DNA from: Rebecca billardiae RCC1528
Lineage: Eukaryota > Protista > Haptophyta
Length of the DNA stretch: 64,000 bases
Assembly: GCA_965240325.2 (NCBI GenBank)
Contig: OZ251222.1
Coordinates: 2,046,001-2,110,000 of the forward strand
Direction of reading: 5' to 3'
The position numbers and the translations under genes are program-made. This document shows positions 21,801 to 30,717 of this stretch, piece after piece. How positions within the stretch are numbered: the first letter of the stretch is position 1; every line of letters begins with the position of its first letter. The notes under the pieces were generated by a model. It saw only the letters and a program-made list of their open reading frames with translations, was not told the DNA's origin and searched no databases.

Positions 21801-22774
21801 GCCGCCTGGAACTGCACGCGCTCATTGGCCGACCGCAGCAGCGGCACGAGCGCAGGGATGGCGCCAGCCTCGGCGATCGGATCGCGCAGCGTGTCCGTAT
21901 GGCCGAGCAAGGTGAGCGCAAGTGCCGCCTCGAACTGCAAGTTCTCATTGGCCGACCGCAGCAGCGGCACGAGCGCAGGGATGGCACCAGCCTCGGCGAT
22001 CGGATCGCGCAGCGTGTCCGTATGGCCGAGCAAGGTGAGCGCAGCTGCCGCCTGGCACTGCACGCGCTCATTGGCCGACCGCAGCAGCGGCACGAGCGCA
22101 GGGATGGCGCCAGCCTCGGCGATCGGATCGCGCAGCGTGTCCGTATGGCCGAGCAAGGTGAGCGCAGCTGCCGCCTGGAACTGCACGCGCTCATTGGCCG
22201 ACCGCAGCAGCGGCACGAGCGCAGGGATGGCGCCAGCCTCGGCGATCGGCGCGCGTAGCGTGTCCGTATGGCCGAGCAAGGTGAGCACAGCTGCCGCGGT
22301 GCACTGCACATCCTCATTGGCTGACCGCAGCAGCGGCACGAGCGCAGGGATGGCGCCAGCCTCGGCGATCGGCGCGCGCAGCGTGTCCGTATCGCCGAGC
22401 CAGCTGAGCGCAGCTGCCGCGCCGCACTGCGCATCCTCATTGGCCGAGCTCAGCAGCAGCACAAGCGGTGGAATGGCCCCAGCGTCCGCGAGCGCACTGC
22501 GCACGTCCGGATGCACAGCGATGCCCATCACGGCACGCGCCGCGGCGGCCTGCACGCCGGCAGTACGATCGGGCGCGAGGAGCTGCACAAGCTCCGGCAG
22601 AGCCTGCGAGCCAATGATCACTCCCGCGTCAACATCCTTCTCGCCATACTCGGCGCCAAACGGCTCGAGCGCGACGATCAGAGTCTGTGCGCTCGGCTTC
22701 TCGGAGCGCATGGCCTTGACCAGGTTGGCGATCGCCTCCTGCCCGACCGACGCGCAGGCCCGCTCGATGGCCAT
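18896..22774 (-). CDS. Armadillo-repeat plus C-terminal BTB/POZ protein (ARIA/ABAP1-like architecture) with an expanded, homogenised repeat array
   Basis: 41-aa ARM repeats AGAIPALVPLLRSANE..Q..AA..L; BTB signature HDVVLRCADG...ASRLLLAQHSQYY...LCGGLSEG; NLS-like AKRQR at the C-terminus; intronless. Confidence 0.9.
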   Translation of the reverse strand: MAIERACASVGQEAIANLVKAMRSEKPSAQTLIVALEPFGAEYGEKDVDAGVIIGSQALPELVQLLAPDRTAGVQAAAARAVMGIAVHPDVRSALADAGAIPPLVLLLSSANEDAQCGAAAALSWLGDTDTLRAPIAEAGAIPALVPLLRSANEDVQCTAAAVLTLLGHTDTLRAPIAEAGAIPALVPLLRSANERVQFQAAAALTLLGHTDTLRDPIAEAGAIPALVPLLRSANERVQCQAAAALTLLGHTDTLRDPIAEAGAIPALVPLLRSANENLQFEAALALTLLGHTDTLRDPIAEAGAIPALVPLLRSANERVQFQAAAALTLLGHTDTLRDPIAEAGAIPALVPLLRSANENLQFEAAVTLTLLGHTDTLRDPIAEAGAIPALVPLLRSANERVQFQAAAALTLLSRTDTLHAPIAEAGAIPALVPLLRSVNEGMQFQAAAMLTSLGHTDTLRAPIAEAGAIPALVPLLRSANERVQCQAAAALTLLGHTDTLRDPIAEAGAIPALVPLLRSANENLQFEAALALTLLGHTDTLRDPIAEAGAIPALVPLLRSANERVQFQAAAALTLLGHTDTLRDPIAEAGAIPALVPLLRSANENLQFEAAVTLTLLGHTDTLRDPIAEAGAIPALVPLLRSANERVQFQAAAALTLLSRTDTLHAPIAEAGAIPALVPLLRSVNEGMQFQAAAMLTSLGHTDTLRAPIAEAGAIPALVPLLRSANEKLQCQAAAVLSWLCHTDTLRDPIAEAGAIPALVPLLRSANENLQCQAAAVLSWLCHTDTLRAPIAEAGAIPALVPLLRSANENLQCQAAAVLSWLCHTDTLRDPIAEAGAIPALVPLLRSANENVQHEAALALSWLCHTDTLRPPIAEAGAIPALVPLLRSANERVQFQVAVALSWLASGPILCARIAEAGAMPALASQLRSANVDVVGNAAAVIRLCTEASKRCRASLIADGGCDALVPLLRVRDGSAASRHIAAHAAATVHTIVTHCTAQRAAIAGTPGLVSALQGLVHSCAAVEGDADGGARARAAALWALKILLCGSEEVRERALASAGETHARLSDSDAELRGAHARLCSLGDAVGAPLRQHDVVLRCADGTELGASRLLLAQHSQYYARQLCGGLSEGSQREVDADPDFSSAAHEALLRQLHSAGVAQLPAEPSVVLELLRLASKLQPPPGAGSVGTRARAEGDVLLGVVKRCEDVLLAGLDVDNCLDLLRHAKAAGGCARVVEGVRKLAKEQIDLIVKQEQWSAFKRNDPAEALELMEALAVDMAAQLSSAKRQRVQ
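20060..22450 (-). repeat. 123-bp coding tandem repeat (19 near-identical units) containing a 738-bp higher-order duplication
   Basis: Diagnostic unit VNEGMQFQ occurs at 20701 and 21439 (738 bp apart); units 3-8 repeat as units 9-14. Confidence 0.97.
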
Positions 22775-23083
22775 CGCCTCCCGGGTGCCGCGCAAGCCTC
22801 GTCGTTGGGTCCTGTCCGCTTGCGCTTGGCGAGCGCCGAGCGGGCGGGAGCGGGGGGTGTGCTCGTCGCCGGACTCTCAACTCGTTGCTCGGTACCTCTT
22901 CTTGCACTCCTTATGTAGTCACTTTCCAAGATGAGATTGATGATGGAGATTGACGATTGTCAACCGTCGACTGCTGTGTGTGTCAGAAGGAAGAGCGGGG
23001 GCGCCGCCGCCGTGCCCCCCTGACTGACCGCGCCGTCGCCGAGGCCACCGATCGCGGGTGAGGCGCCGGGGACGCACGTGACG

Positions 23084-24883
23084 ATGGCCACCGGCCCGGC
23101 CCCAAGGAACACCATCAATATCAATGGTAACGACGGAGTGATCGAGCTCGACCAGGACGAGCCACTCCCGCGGCAGCAGCTGAACACGGGCCCCCCGCGC
23201 GAGAATCTCGAATCGCTGCTTGAAGCGCAGAGAGTCGCCCTCATCCGCCGCAAGAAGGAGGCACGGGACTGCCGGGCCGATACGGAAAAGGCCAAAGCGG
23301 AGCTCAAGGCTGCTAAGGACCAGCTGCGCGAGGAGAGGGCGGCTGCTCGGGACCAAGTCGATGCGGCGCAGAAGAAGCAGCGCACCGCGGAGATGCAGCT
23401 CGAGTTGGCAAAGACGGAGCGGAGGAAGAGCCTTCAGCTCGGCGACTCGGGCGGCGTGCGCAAGACCGCCGGCTACCGGCTGCAATATGCCGCGCTCAAG
23501 CAGTACGGCGAGAGCCTGCGGGAGAACCTGCTGCGACGGCACAGCAAATGCAATGCGGTCAAAGGGGTTGAGATTGTGTGGAACGATGTCCCCTCCTGGG
23601 GCATCGGCGTGGAGCGGACGGACGTGCTCGGCTCGATGCTGCACGCGTTCGGTCTCAGCCTGACCAACCCGTCCGCCTTCGCCCGCTGGCCGCAGTTCGT
23701 CTTCGTCCGCGAGGAGGGCGTGGACGCCGGCGCGCTGCGGGTGGAGGCCTACCGGCTGCTGGCGGAGCAGCTGCACCAGCTGGGCGCGCGCAAAGTCGCC
23801 GAGCTCGGGCCGGAGGAGCGGCCGCTGCGGCTGCTCGAGAGGCTCGGCGGGAACGCGGCCGCGATGTACTGGCCCGTCGAGGACGCGTCGTACGACGCCG
23901 GCCCCGCCGACCTGAGCGCCGACCCGCGCCGGATCCTCGGGCGCATCCTCGCGAAGGAGCTGCTCGACCGGATCGACGACGACTCGGCCGCGGCGCTCTC
24001 GCTGCAGCTGCCGACCGCGGTGTTGCTCGGCATCGTCAACAAGCCCTCGAGGACCGGGAACGGCCCGGACTTGCTCAACGCACAGAGCCCGGCCTTCGAG
24101 TGCGTCGACACCGCGCTCGAGCTCGCGGCGGAGGTGGACTCCGTCGCGGCGGAGTGGCGGAAGACGTGGGAGAAGGCGAGGGAGACGCCAATCTCGTTTG
24201 ACTTCGAGATGCGCAACTGGTCGATGAACGTCGCCATGTTCACCGACGTGGAGAAGGACGAGGGCGTTCCTCTCTCGCTGAGCAACGTGGCGGACGCGCT
24301 GCGCCGGGGCTGCGCGCGCTTGTGCCGCTCTGCGCTCGAGCCGAGGAAAGCCGGGTTGGCCATGATGCGCGAGGGCTTTGCGGAGATGACGGGTGATGGG
24401 CTGCGGGCGCAGCTCGCGAGCTGGCACGTGCTGCACCTGCGCGCGCTCTGGCCGCTGAAGCGCACCCCGCGCGGGGAGGAGGTCGCGGCGGTGCTTGAGC
24501 TGAAGGTCCAGGACAACGAGGCGCGCACGATCGCACGCGAGGAGCCGCCGCCCAAGATCACGGACCAGGCGGAGCTCGCGCTGCGCGAGGAGCTCTTCAC
24601 GCATCTGCGCCAGATCGTCAGCGACGAGCTGACGGACAGGCAGCGCAGGATGCTGCTCACCTTTGCCACGGGGCACGAGCTTCTGCCGGAGGCTGGCGAC
24701 CTGATCGAGGTGAACTGGTACACCGTGAACCACAAGGACCTGTGGATGGGCGCGCTCGTGGCGTCGGCGTGCCAGAAGGCCATCACCGTGCCGCGGAAGA
24801 TCAAGACGCGCGACGACCTCAAGAACGCGCTGCTGCTCGTCTGCCACGAGAACTCCGTCGACGACGGCTTCACCACGGTCTGA
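23084..24883 (+). CDS. Coiled-coil plus divergent HECT-type E3 ubiquitin ligase
   Basis: FVREEGVDAGALRVE (HECT N-lobe GEEGxDxGGxxRE), RRMLLTFATG...LP, catalytic-Cys-like ASAC...VP, terminal GFTTV with the -4 Phe. Confidence 0.78.
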   Translation: MATGPAPRNTININGNDGVIELDQDEPLPRQQLNTGPPRENLESLLEAQRVALIRRKKEARDCRADTEKAKAELKAAKDQLREERAAARDQVDAAQKKQRTAEMQLELAKTERRKSLQLGDSGGVRKTAGYRLQYAALKQYGESLRENLLRRHSKCNAVKGVEIVWNDVPSWGIGVERTDVLGSMLHAFGLSLTNPSAFARWPQFVFVREEGVDAGALRVEAYRLLAEQLHQLGARKVAELGPEERPLRLLERLGGNAAAMYWPVEDASYDAGPADLSADPRRILGRILAKELLDRIDDDSAAALSLQLPTAVLLGIVNKPSRTGNGPDLLNAQSPAFECVDTALELAAEVDSVAAEWRKTWEKARETPISFDFEMRNWSMNVAMFTDVEKDEGVPLSLSNVADALRRGCARLCRSALEPRKAGLAMMREGFAEMTGDGLRAQLASWHVLHLRALWPLKRTPRGEEVAAVLELKVQDNEARTIAREEPPPKITDQAELALREELFTHLRQIVSDELTDRQRRMLLTFATGHELLPEAGDLIEVNWYTVNHKDLWMGALVASACQKAITVPRKIKTRDDLKNALLLVCHENSVDDGFTTV

Positions 24884-25985
24884 GGCTGAGCGCAGCTTCG
24901 ACGACCCTTCCCTTGTCAATTGTTCCGGCGGCCACGTAGGCCTTTCCTATTATCAGCCTGACGCCTATGCCCCGACGGTCCAGCCCGGTGGGAGCAGTGA
25001 TTCGTCTTCAATGTGCCGACGCGGTTGGCACTAGGCGGTCGCGGGTGCTGGTCGCTGGATGTCGACGCGCGGACGCAAGGCACGCAACGTCGCAAGCGCG
25101 GATGAGCGGCCAGCGGGAGGAGCAGGTCGTAGCCCGCCGGCGCGCATTATCATATTTTCCGGTTTTTGACCACGACCGGCTTGCGATCCAAGCCCCCCCA
25201 AGGCCTGGCTCAAAGCCAACGGTGACACAGGGGGTATACCCCCCTGTGTCATCCGGGAGCTTTTTGAATACAGTTTGCGCGTGCGCGGGCACTCACGGAC
25301 AGCCGCCGCCAAGAAGGCCAGCCTGCGCGCGCCCTGCTCGTCGTCAGCCGCGGCGCGTGCGCGTCGAGGCGCATGACTGGCTTTGTCGTGCAAGTCGTGC
25401 CCGTGCTCGCGGCTCATGCACGCCTCACGACCGAGATGCATGTCTTGCGCGCCCTACTTTTGCTCGCACTGCGGTCTCCTCGTCGACAGCCTTGTGATCA
25501 CGCGCGCCGCCATTTCAACCGGATGTTGGCCTGCCAGCTGTCGCGCGCGTGTGTGCGGTCTGATCGATGTCGGCATGGCGGCCAGCGAATCAGTGATGTT
25601 AAGTACACCCATACCCATCTCGCAGAAGCGAAAAAGCCGACCTTTGAATGCCCCAGGGGCGCACGCGTGCTCATCACGCTCGTCGGACAGGCCTTCTCCA
25701 GAACTGCGCCTGCCATTCGGCAGGTCTCTGCGCGCGGAGAGGGCGGCGAGGGCGTCGACGAGGCGGCGCGATTGCTGCCTACGGGTCTTCTTACCCCCAC
25801 AAAGCGCCCGCGGACGGCTGTCACGCCCGCATGCGGCCTTGGGAGCGCTGCGCAGGCGGGCCCTCGCGTCGCCCAGTGCTCGGCTGCTCGCCATCCCGTT
25901 TTGGGGGGCTTGGTTCGCAAGCCACCGGACGGTCCTGGGCGCGCAGCCGCGCACGGCCGCGGACCCGCTCCGATCTCGCGACGAC

Positions 25986-28054
25986 ATGGCGAAGCGCGGC
26001 GGCGGCCCGCCGGCGGGCGCAGCACGCGCGGCTAAGAAGGGTGGTGGCAAGCAGGGCAAAGGCGGCGGCGGCGGGCTCTTCACGCAGCCGCTCGTCTACG
26101 CAGCCGTCATGGTGGCCGTAGCTGTGGCGATCGCCGCCGTGTACTCGCCGTCCGCAGACGCACCGCGTCGGCCAAAGGGCGCACCCACGCGCACCGCAGA
26201 CTCCAAGCAGGCGCGCACGCGCTTGGCGCCGGAGTTGGCCGCGTCCGTCATCGCACTGCAGGCGCGGCTCCTGCGCGACGTGTCCGGCGACCCGCCCCCG
26301 CCGCCCAGCACGCCGTCGTCGGCCTGCAAGGACACGTCCGAGTCGTGCCCGGCGTGGGCGTCCTCAGGCGAGTGCGAGTCGAACCCGGGCTTCATGCACT
26401 CGGGGTGCCCGCTCTCGTGCGGCGTGTGCGGCCCGTCTCCGACGGCCTCGCGCACCAAGCGCCACTGGCTCCTGCCGCCCACGCCGGGCGTCGACTGGGC
26501 CGCGCTCGAGGCGCGCGCCGAGCGCGAGCAGCCGAGTGCCGATGAGGTGAGCTCGTGCGGGGCGGCGCCGTTGCTGTCGCCGCAGCGCATCCCGGGGCTG
26601 CACGTGATTTGCCGGCTGCCTCCGAAGGGCGGCGAGGCGGGCCCAGGCCTCTCGCACGCACGCCTGGCCGTCTGGCACGACGCGGACGCCAGCGCCAACG
26701 CGGGCAAGCCGACCAACGTGATGACGCTGCCGCGCGTACGAGCGTCGCCCGCGGACGGCGGTGCGGGTGATGCCGGCGGCGCGCTCACGTCGATGGTGGA
26801 GATGCTCGCGGTGCTCGGCGCGCGTCTGCGCTTCGAGTTCCGCGGGCCGCAGTGGCAGGACCCGGCGCTGTACACGTGCGACGGCGGCCACCGCATCATC
26901 ACCCTGGCCGCGCTCGACGCCGCGTCCGCGCGCGCACCCGTCTGCTTGTTTGAGGGCGGTGTCTTCATCTGGCCGCCGGCCGCGCCGGGCTCGAGCCGCT
27001 CGGTGCGGCTGCCCGACGGGCGCGACGCGATCATCCGCACGCTCTCGCTGCAGCCGGTCGTGCTCTCCGTCGAGAACTTCCTCCTCCCCGCGGAGACGGA
27101 GCACATCATCTCGCGGGCCGAGCCGCACCTCAAGAAGTCGGGCGTTGCGCTCAAGGTGCGCGCACCACGAGGCTGGCCGGCGCGCTCGCGCCGCGGGCGC
27201 TGGCTGGGTCGCGCGGCGGCGCGTGCGGCGCGTGCCGCGCGTGCCGCCGGCCGGCGCGCCGCGCGGCGCCTCACGCGCGCGCCCGGCCGCGCGCGGCCGC
27301 AGGACGTGGACAAGGGCCGCGAGGCCAAGGAGTTTCGCACGTCCTCGCAGTACTTCCTGCCCACCGTGGGCGACGAGAAGCTGGAGGAGATTGACGCGCG
27401 CGTGCAGGAGCTGATGCGCGTGCCCATCACGCACGCCGAGTACATCCAGGTGCTCCGGTACAACCACCTCGAGCACTACTCCGCGCAGTGCGCGCGCGCG
27501 CGCGCCACGCGCGCGGCGGGCTGCGCGCGCGGGCGCCCGTCGCGAGCGCGCGGCCCCGCACCGTGCGCGCGCTGCGCGGGCTCTGCTGCCTGACGCGCGC
27601 GCGCTGGCTGGCGCCTGCCCGGCGGTGCCCCGGTGCCGCGCGCCGCAGCCACGACTACTTCGACCCGAAGGACTACGCTTCCAACGTGCAGATGCGCCAG
27701 GAGACAAAGGAGGGCGCGAAGAACCGGCTAGCGACTGTCTTCTTCTACCTCTCGGACGTGGCGGAGGGCGGCGCGACCAACTTCCCGCGCGCCAACGGCG
27801 GCCCGCCGCCGCGCGACTTCTTCGACTGCTCGCGCGGCCTCTCAGTCTACCCGCAGAACGGCAAGGTGATCGTCTTCTACTCGATGCACCCCTCGTCCGA
27901 GCTGGACCCGTACTCGCTGCACGGCGGCTGCGACGTGGTCAACGGCACCAAGTTCAGCGCCAACTTCTGGCTGTGGAACGAGCCGTACCACTTCGCCTCC
28001 GCGCCGCGCGTGAGGGCGTTGGACGACTTCAAGAAGCGCACCTACCTGCACTGA
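25986..28054 (+). CDS. ShKT-domain prolyl 4-hydroxylase (2OG-Fe(II) dioxygenase), 3 exons (introns 27156-27302, 27488-27648)
   Basis: Type II TM anchor, ShKT CKDTSESCPAWASSGEC..., RTSS, spliced YSAHHDYF, RLATVFFYLSDVAEGGATNFP, SLHGGCDV..GTK. Confidence 0.9.
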
Positions 28055-28593
28055 GTCGACGGAGGGGTCGGACGACTGGTGGCGGTGCGCGGCGCGAACC
28101 ACTCCGAACCAGCCGTGCGGCGCAGGGCGCGGCCGCGGCTGCTGTGCGACGGCAGTGGGCGCCACTGGGGGGGAGGTGCCAAAGTTCTGCTGGCAACCAA
28201 TACCTACCGCAGTGTCCGTGTCAGTGTCGCAGCAGGCCGTGCAGCGCAGCGCGCGCCGCCGGTCAGCTGTGACGCCAGCGAGCTGTCAGTCAGGCCAGTT
28301 TTGGCGTTGCCATCGAGTTGCTACAATTATTATTTTAATAAGTCGTACTGGCCGTTGATAACGTCCAGCTCAGTATCGGAGGGGCGGGTACCCACAAATA
28401 TCGGAAAAGCCGAGAAGTCGTTGACCGTTTGGAACTTCCTGGGTAAAAACGTGCTCGAGTTCACGAGTTGTCGCTTCACTCGCTCGTAGCTAGGAGCCAG
28501 AAAAAGCGCGCCTCGTGATTGGCTGATCCAAGGAATGAAGGGGCTACGTCAGCAAATCACAATGCGCGAGTCAGCCGGTCCAGAACTGAGCAA

Positions 28594-30144
28594 ATGCCGC
28601 CGTCCAACGTCGCCGCAACGCCTTCCAAGTCCCTCACAAAGGGCCCCACGCACCGCCAGCTCGGCGCGGTGGCCGCCGTCGTCGCCAGCGTGCTGGCATA
28701 TCACACCTTCAACGGCAACGCGCCCACCACTGCCTCTGCACCCGCCGACGTGCAGATCATCAATCGCGTGTTTGGCGGAGAGTTGCCGACGCCCACAGTC
28801 GCAGCCGCGCCTGGCGTGAGCAAGGTCTCAACGCCGTCGGTGAGCGCGCCTGTGCCGGCGTTGAGCGTCAACGATGTTGGTGCAAGCTGCACCGATCTCT
28901 CCCGCGATTGCACGCACTGGGCATCGGCGGGCGAGTGCACAAACAACGCAGACTTCATGCGCACAAACTGCCCGGCAGCGTGCGGCACGTGCGGTGCGGC
29001 CTCTGCCGCAGACAACGCGGTGCCGTGGAGCGACGCAGCACGCGCAGCGCGGCAACGGGCATACCCAAAGTGCCGCGACAAGGCACCCGAGTGCCCGCTC
29101 TGGGCCGCCAGCGGCGAGTGCAAGAAGAACCCGACCTACATGCAGGTGTCGTGCGCTCTCAGCTGCGACACGTGCGACTGGGCGGTGTTCGAGACGCGGT
29201 GCAAGAAGGACCCGAGCGTGCCGCTGACGGTGAAGCCGGGCGAGCTCGACGCCATGTTCCGCGAGATCGAGACCAAGTTCGCGCACTTCAAGCCGCGCGT
29301 CCTCTCGCAGCCTCCAGAGCCATGGTGCGCGCCCGCGCGCGGCGCGCGGCGCGCGGGGCCGCCGGGGTGACTCAGCGCGTCGCGCCCGCCCGCGTGTGCC
29401 TCCTTCGCAGGCTGGTCGTATTCGACGAGTTCCTCGAGCCCGAGGTCGCCGACGCCATCGTCGAGGTGTCCACGCGCGAGGCGGGCAAGTTCTTCACGCC
29501 GTCGCACGGCACGGGCGGGCTCGACAGCGAGGGCCAGCTCATCCCAACCACCTCGAGCTATCGGACGTCGTCTACGAACTGGTGCCAAGAGGGCTGCCTG
29601 GACACGCCGCCCATGAAGCACCTGCGGGAACGCGTCGTGTCGGTGACCGGCGTGCCCGACGAAAATCACGAATACCCACAGGTGCGTGTGCGCGCGCGCG
29701 CGCGCGGCTGCCACGACGGCGGACCGCCGCCTGTGCGCGCGGCGCCACGCTCGCTGACAAGCCCGCGCGCTCGTCGCGTGCGCATCCTGGTGACGCACGC
29801 AGATGTTGCGATACTACGATGGGCAGTATTACAAAATCCACAGCGACTACATCCCAGCCCACAAGGACATGCCATGCGGCCCTCGGATCTACACGCTCTT
29901 TGTGTACCTGACGGACGTCGAGGAGGGCGGGCACACGAGCTTCCCGCAGCTCAACATGAGCGTCAAGCCCAAGAAGGGGCGCGCCGTCCTCTGGCCGTCG
30001 GTGTTCGACGACCAGCCGACCAGCTGCGATATGCGCACCCAGCACATCGCCGAGCCTGTCGTGAATGGGACCAAGTACAGCGTGAACTTTTGGCTGCACC
30101 AGCACGACTTCAAGGCAGCAAACGCGATCGGCTGCACGGGATGA
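28594..30144 (+). CDS. Second prolyl 4-hydroxylase with two ShKT domains, 3 exons (introns 29325-29410, 29682-29802)
   Basis: Two ShKT motifs; spliced PWLVVFDEFL, RTSS, YYKIHSDY, FVYLTDVEEGGHTSFP, TQHIAEPV..GTK. Confidence 0.9.
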
Positions 30145-30717
30145 AGTTGAACTTGAAGCAGAAGCGGCTTGATGCCGAACGCAGAACCCGTGTCCGTGAA
30201 CAGTCGGTCCGAACGCGTGGTGATCAGTCCGTCATCTCATCCGAGACCGAAGGCGGTCTCAAGACGCAGACTCAGATTCAGAATGTATTGCGATCGCGAT
30301 TCTAGATCTAGGGGGGGCAATCCAGGGTTCTATTCATCATCATCATAGCTCTGCCGGTGCCGGTGGCTGGTCGGGCTGGGCCTGGCGGCCTCGGCCACTG
30401 CCACTGGCACTGCCCAATCGCCAAAATGGCCCGAATGGCAACGCCTGGCGAGTGGCGGAGCGGGAGGCACTGAGGCGCGGTCTGCGAGGACTGCGTGTCG
30501 TCTCACAGACAGGACCGCCCGCCTCCGAGACTCGAGCGAGCGGAGCGAGCGGTCCCAGTACGGCACATCATGAAATGTAGTTGGCACACATCGCCAACGG
30601 CCTCGGCGAGCTTGCCCTGCGGCTGGATGGGCCAGTGGGCGCGCACTCGCGATGCGCTCGGCCGGGCGGGGAATGAGCGTGGCGCCCGCTGGCGCCCTCC
30701 GTGCCGATGCGGCTCTG

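Noticed and set aside
22919-24919. 666-aa antisense ORF over the HECT gene (also 19461-22934, 30652-32736, 43179-45287 and similar)
   Set aside because: Shadow ORFs caused by high GC3 and stop-codon scarcity; no motifs; the opposite strand carries the recognisable domains.
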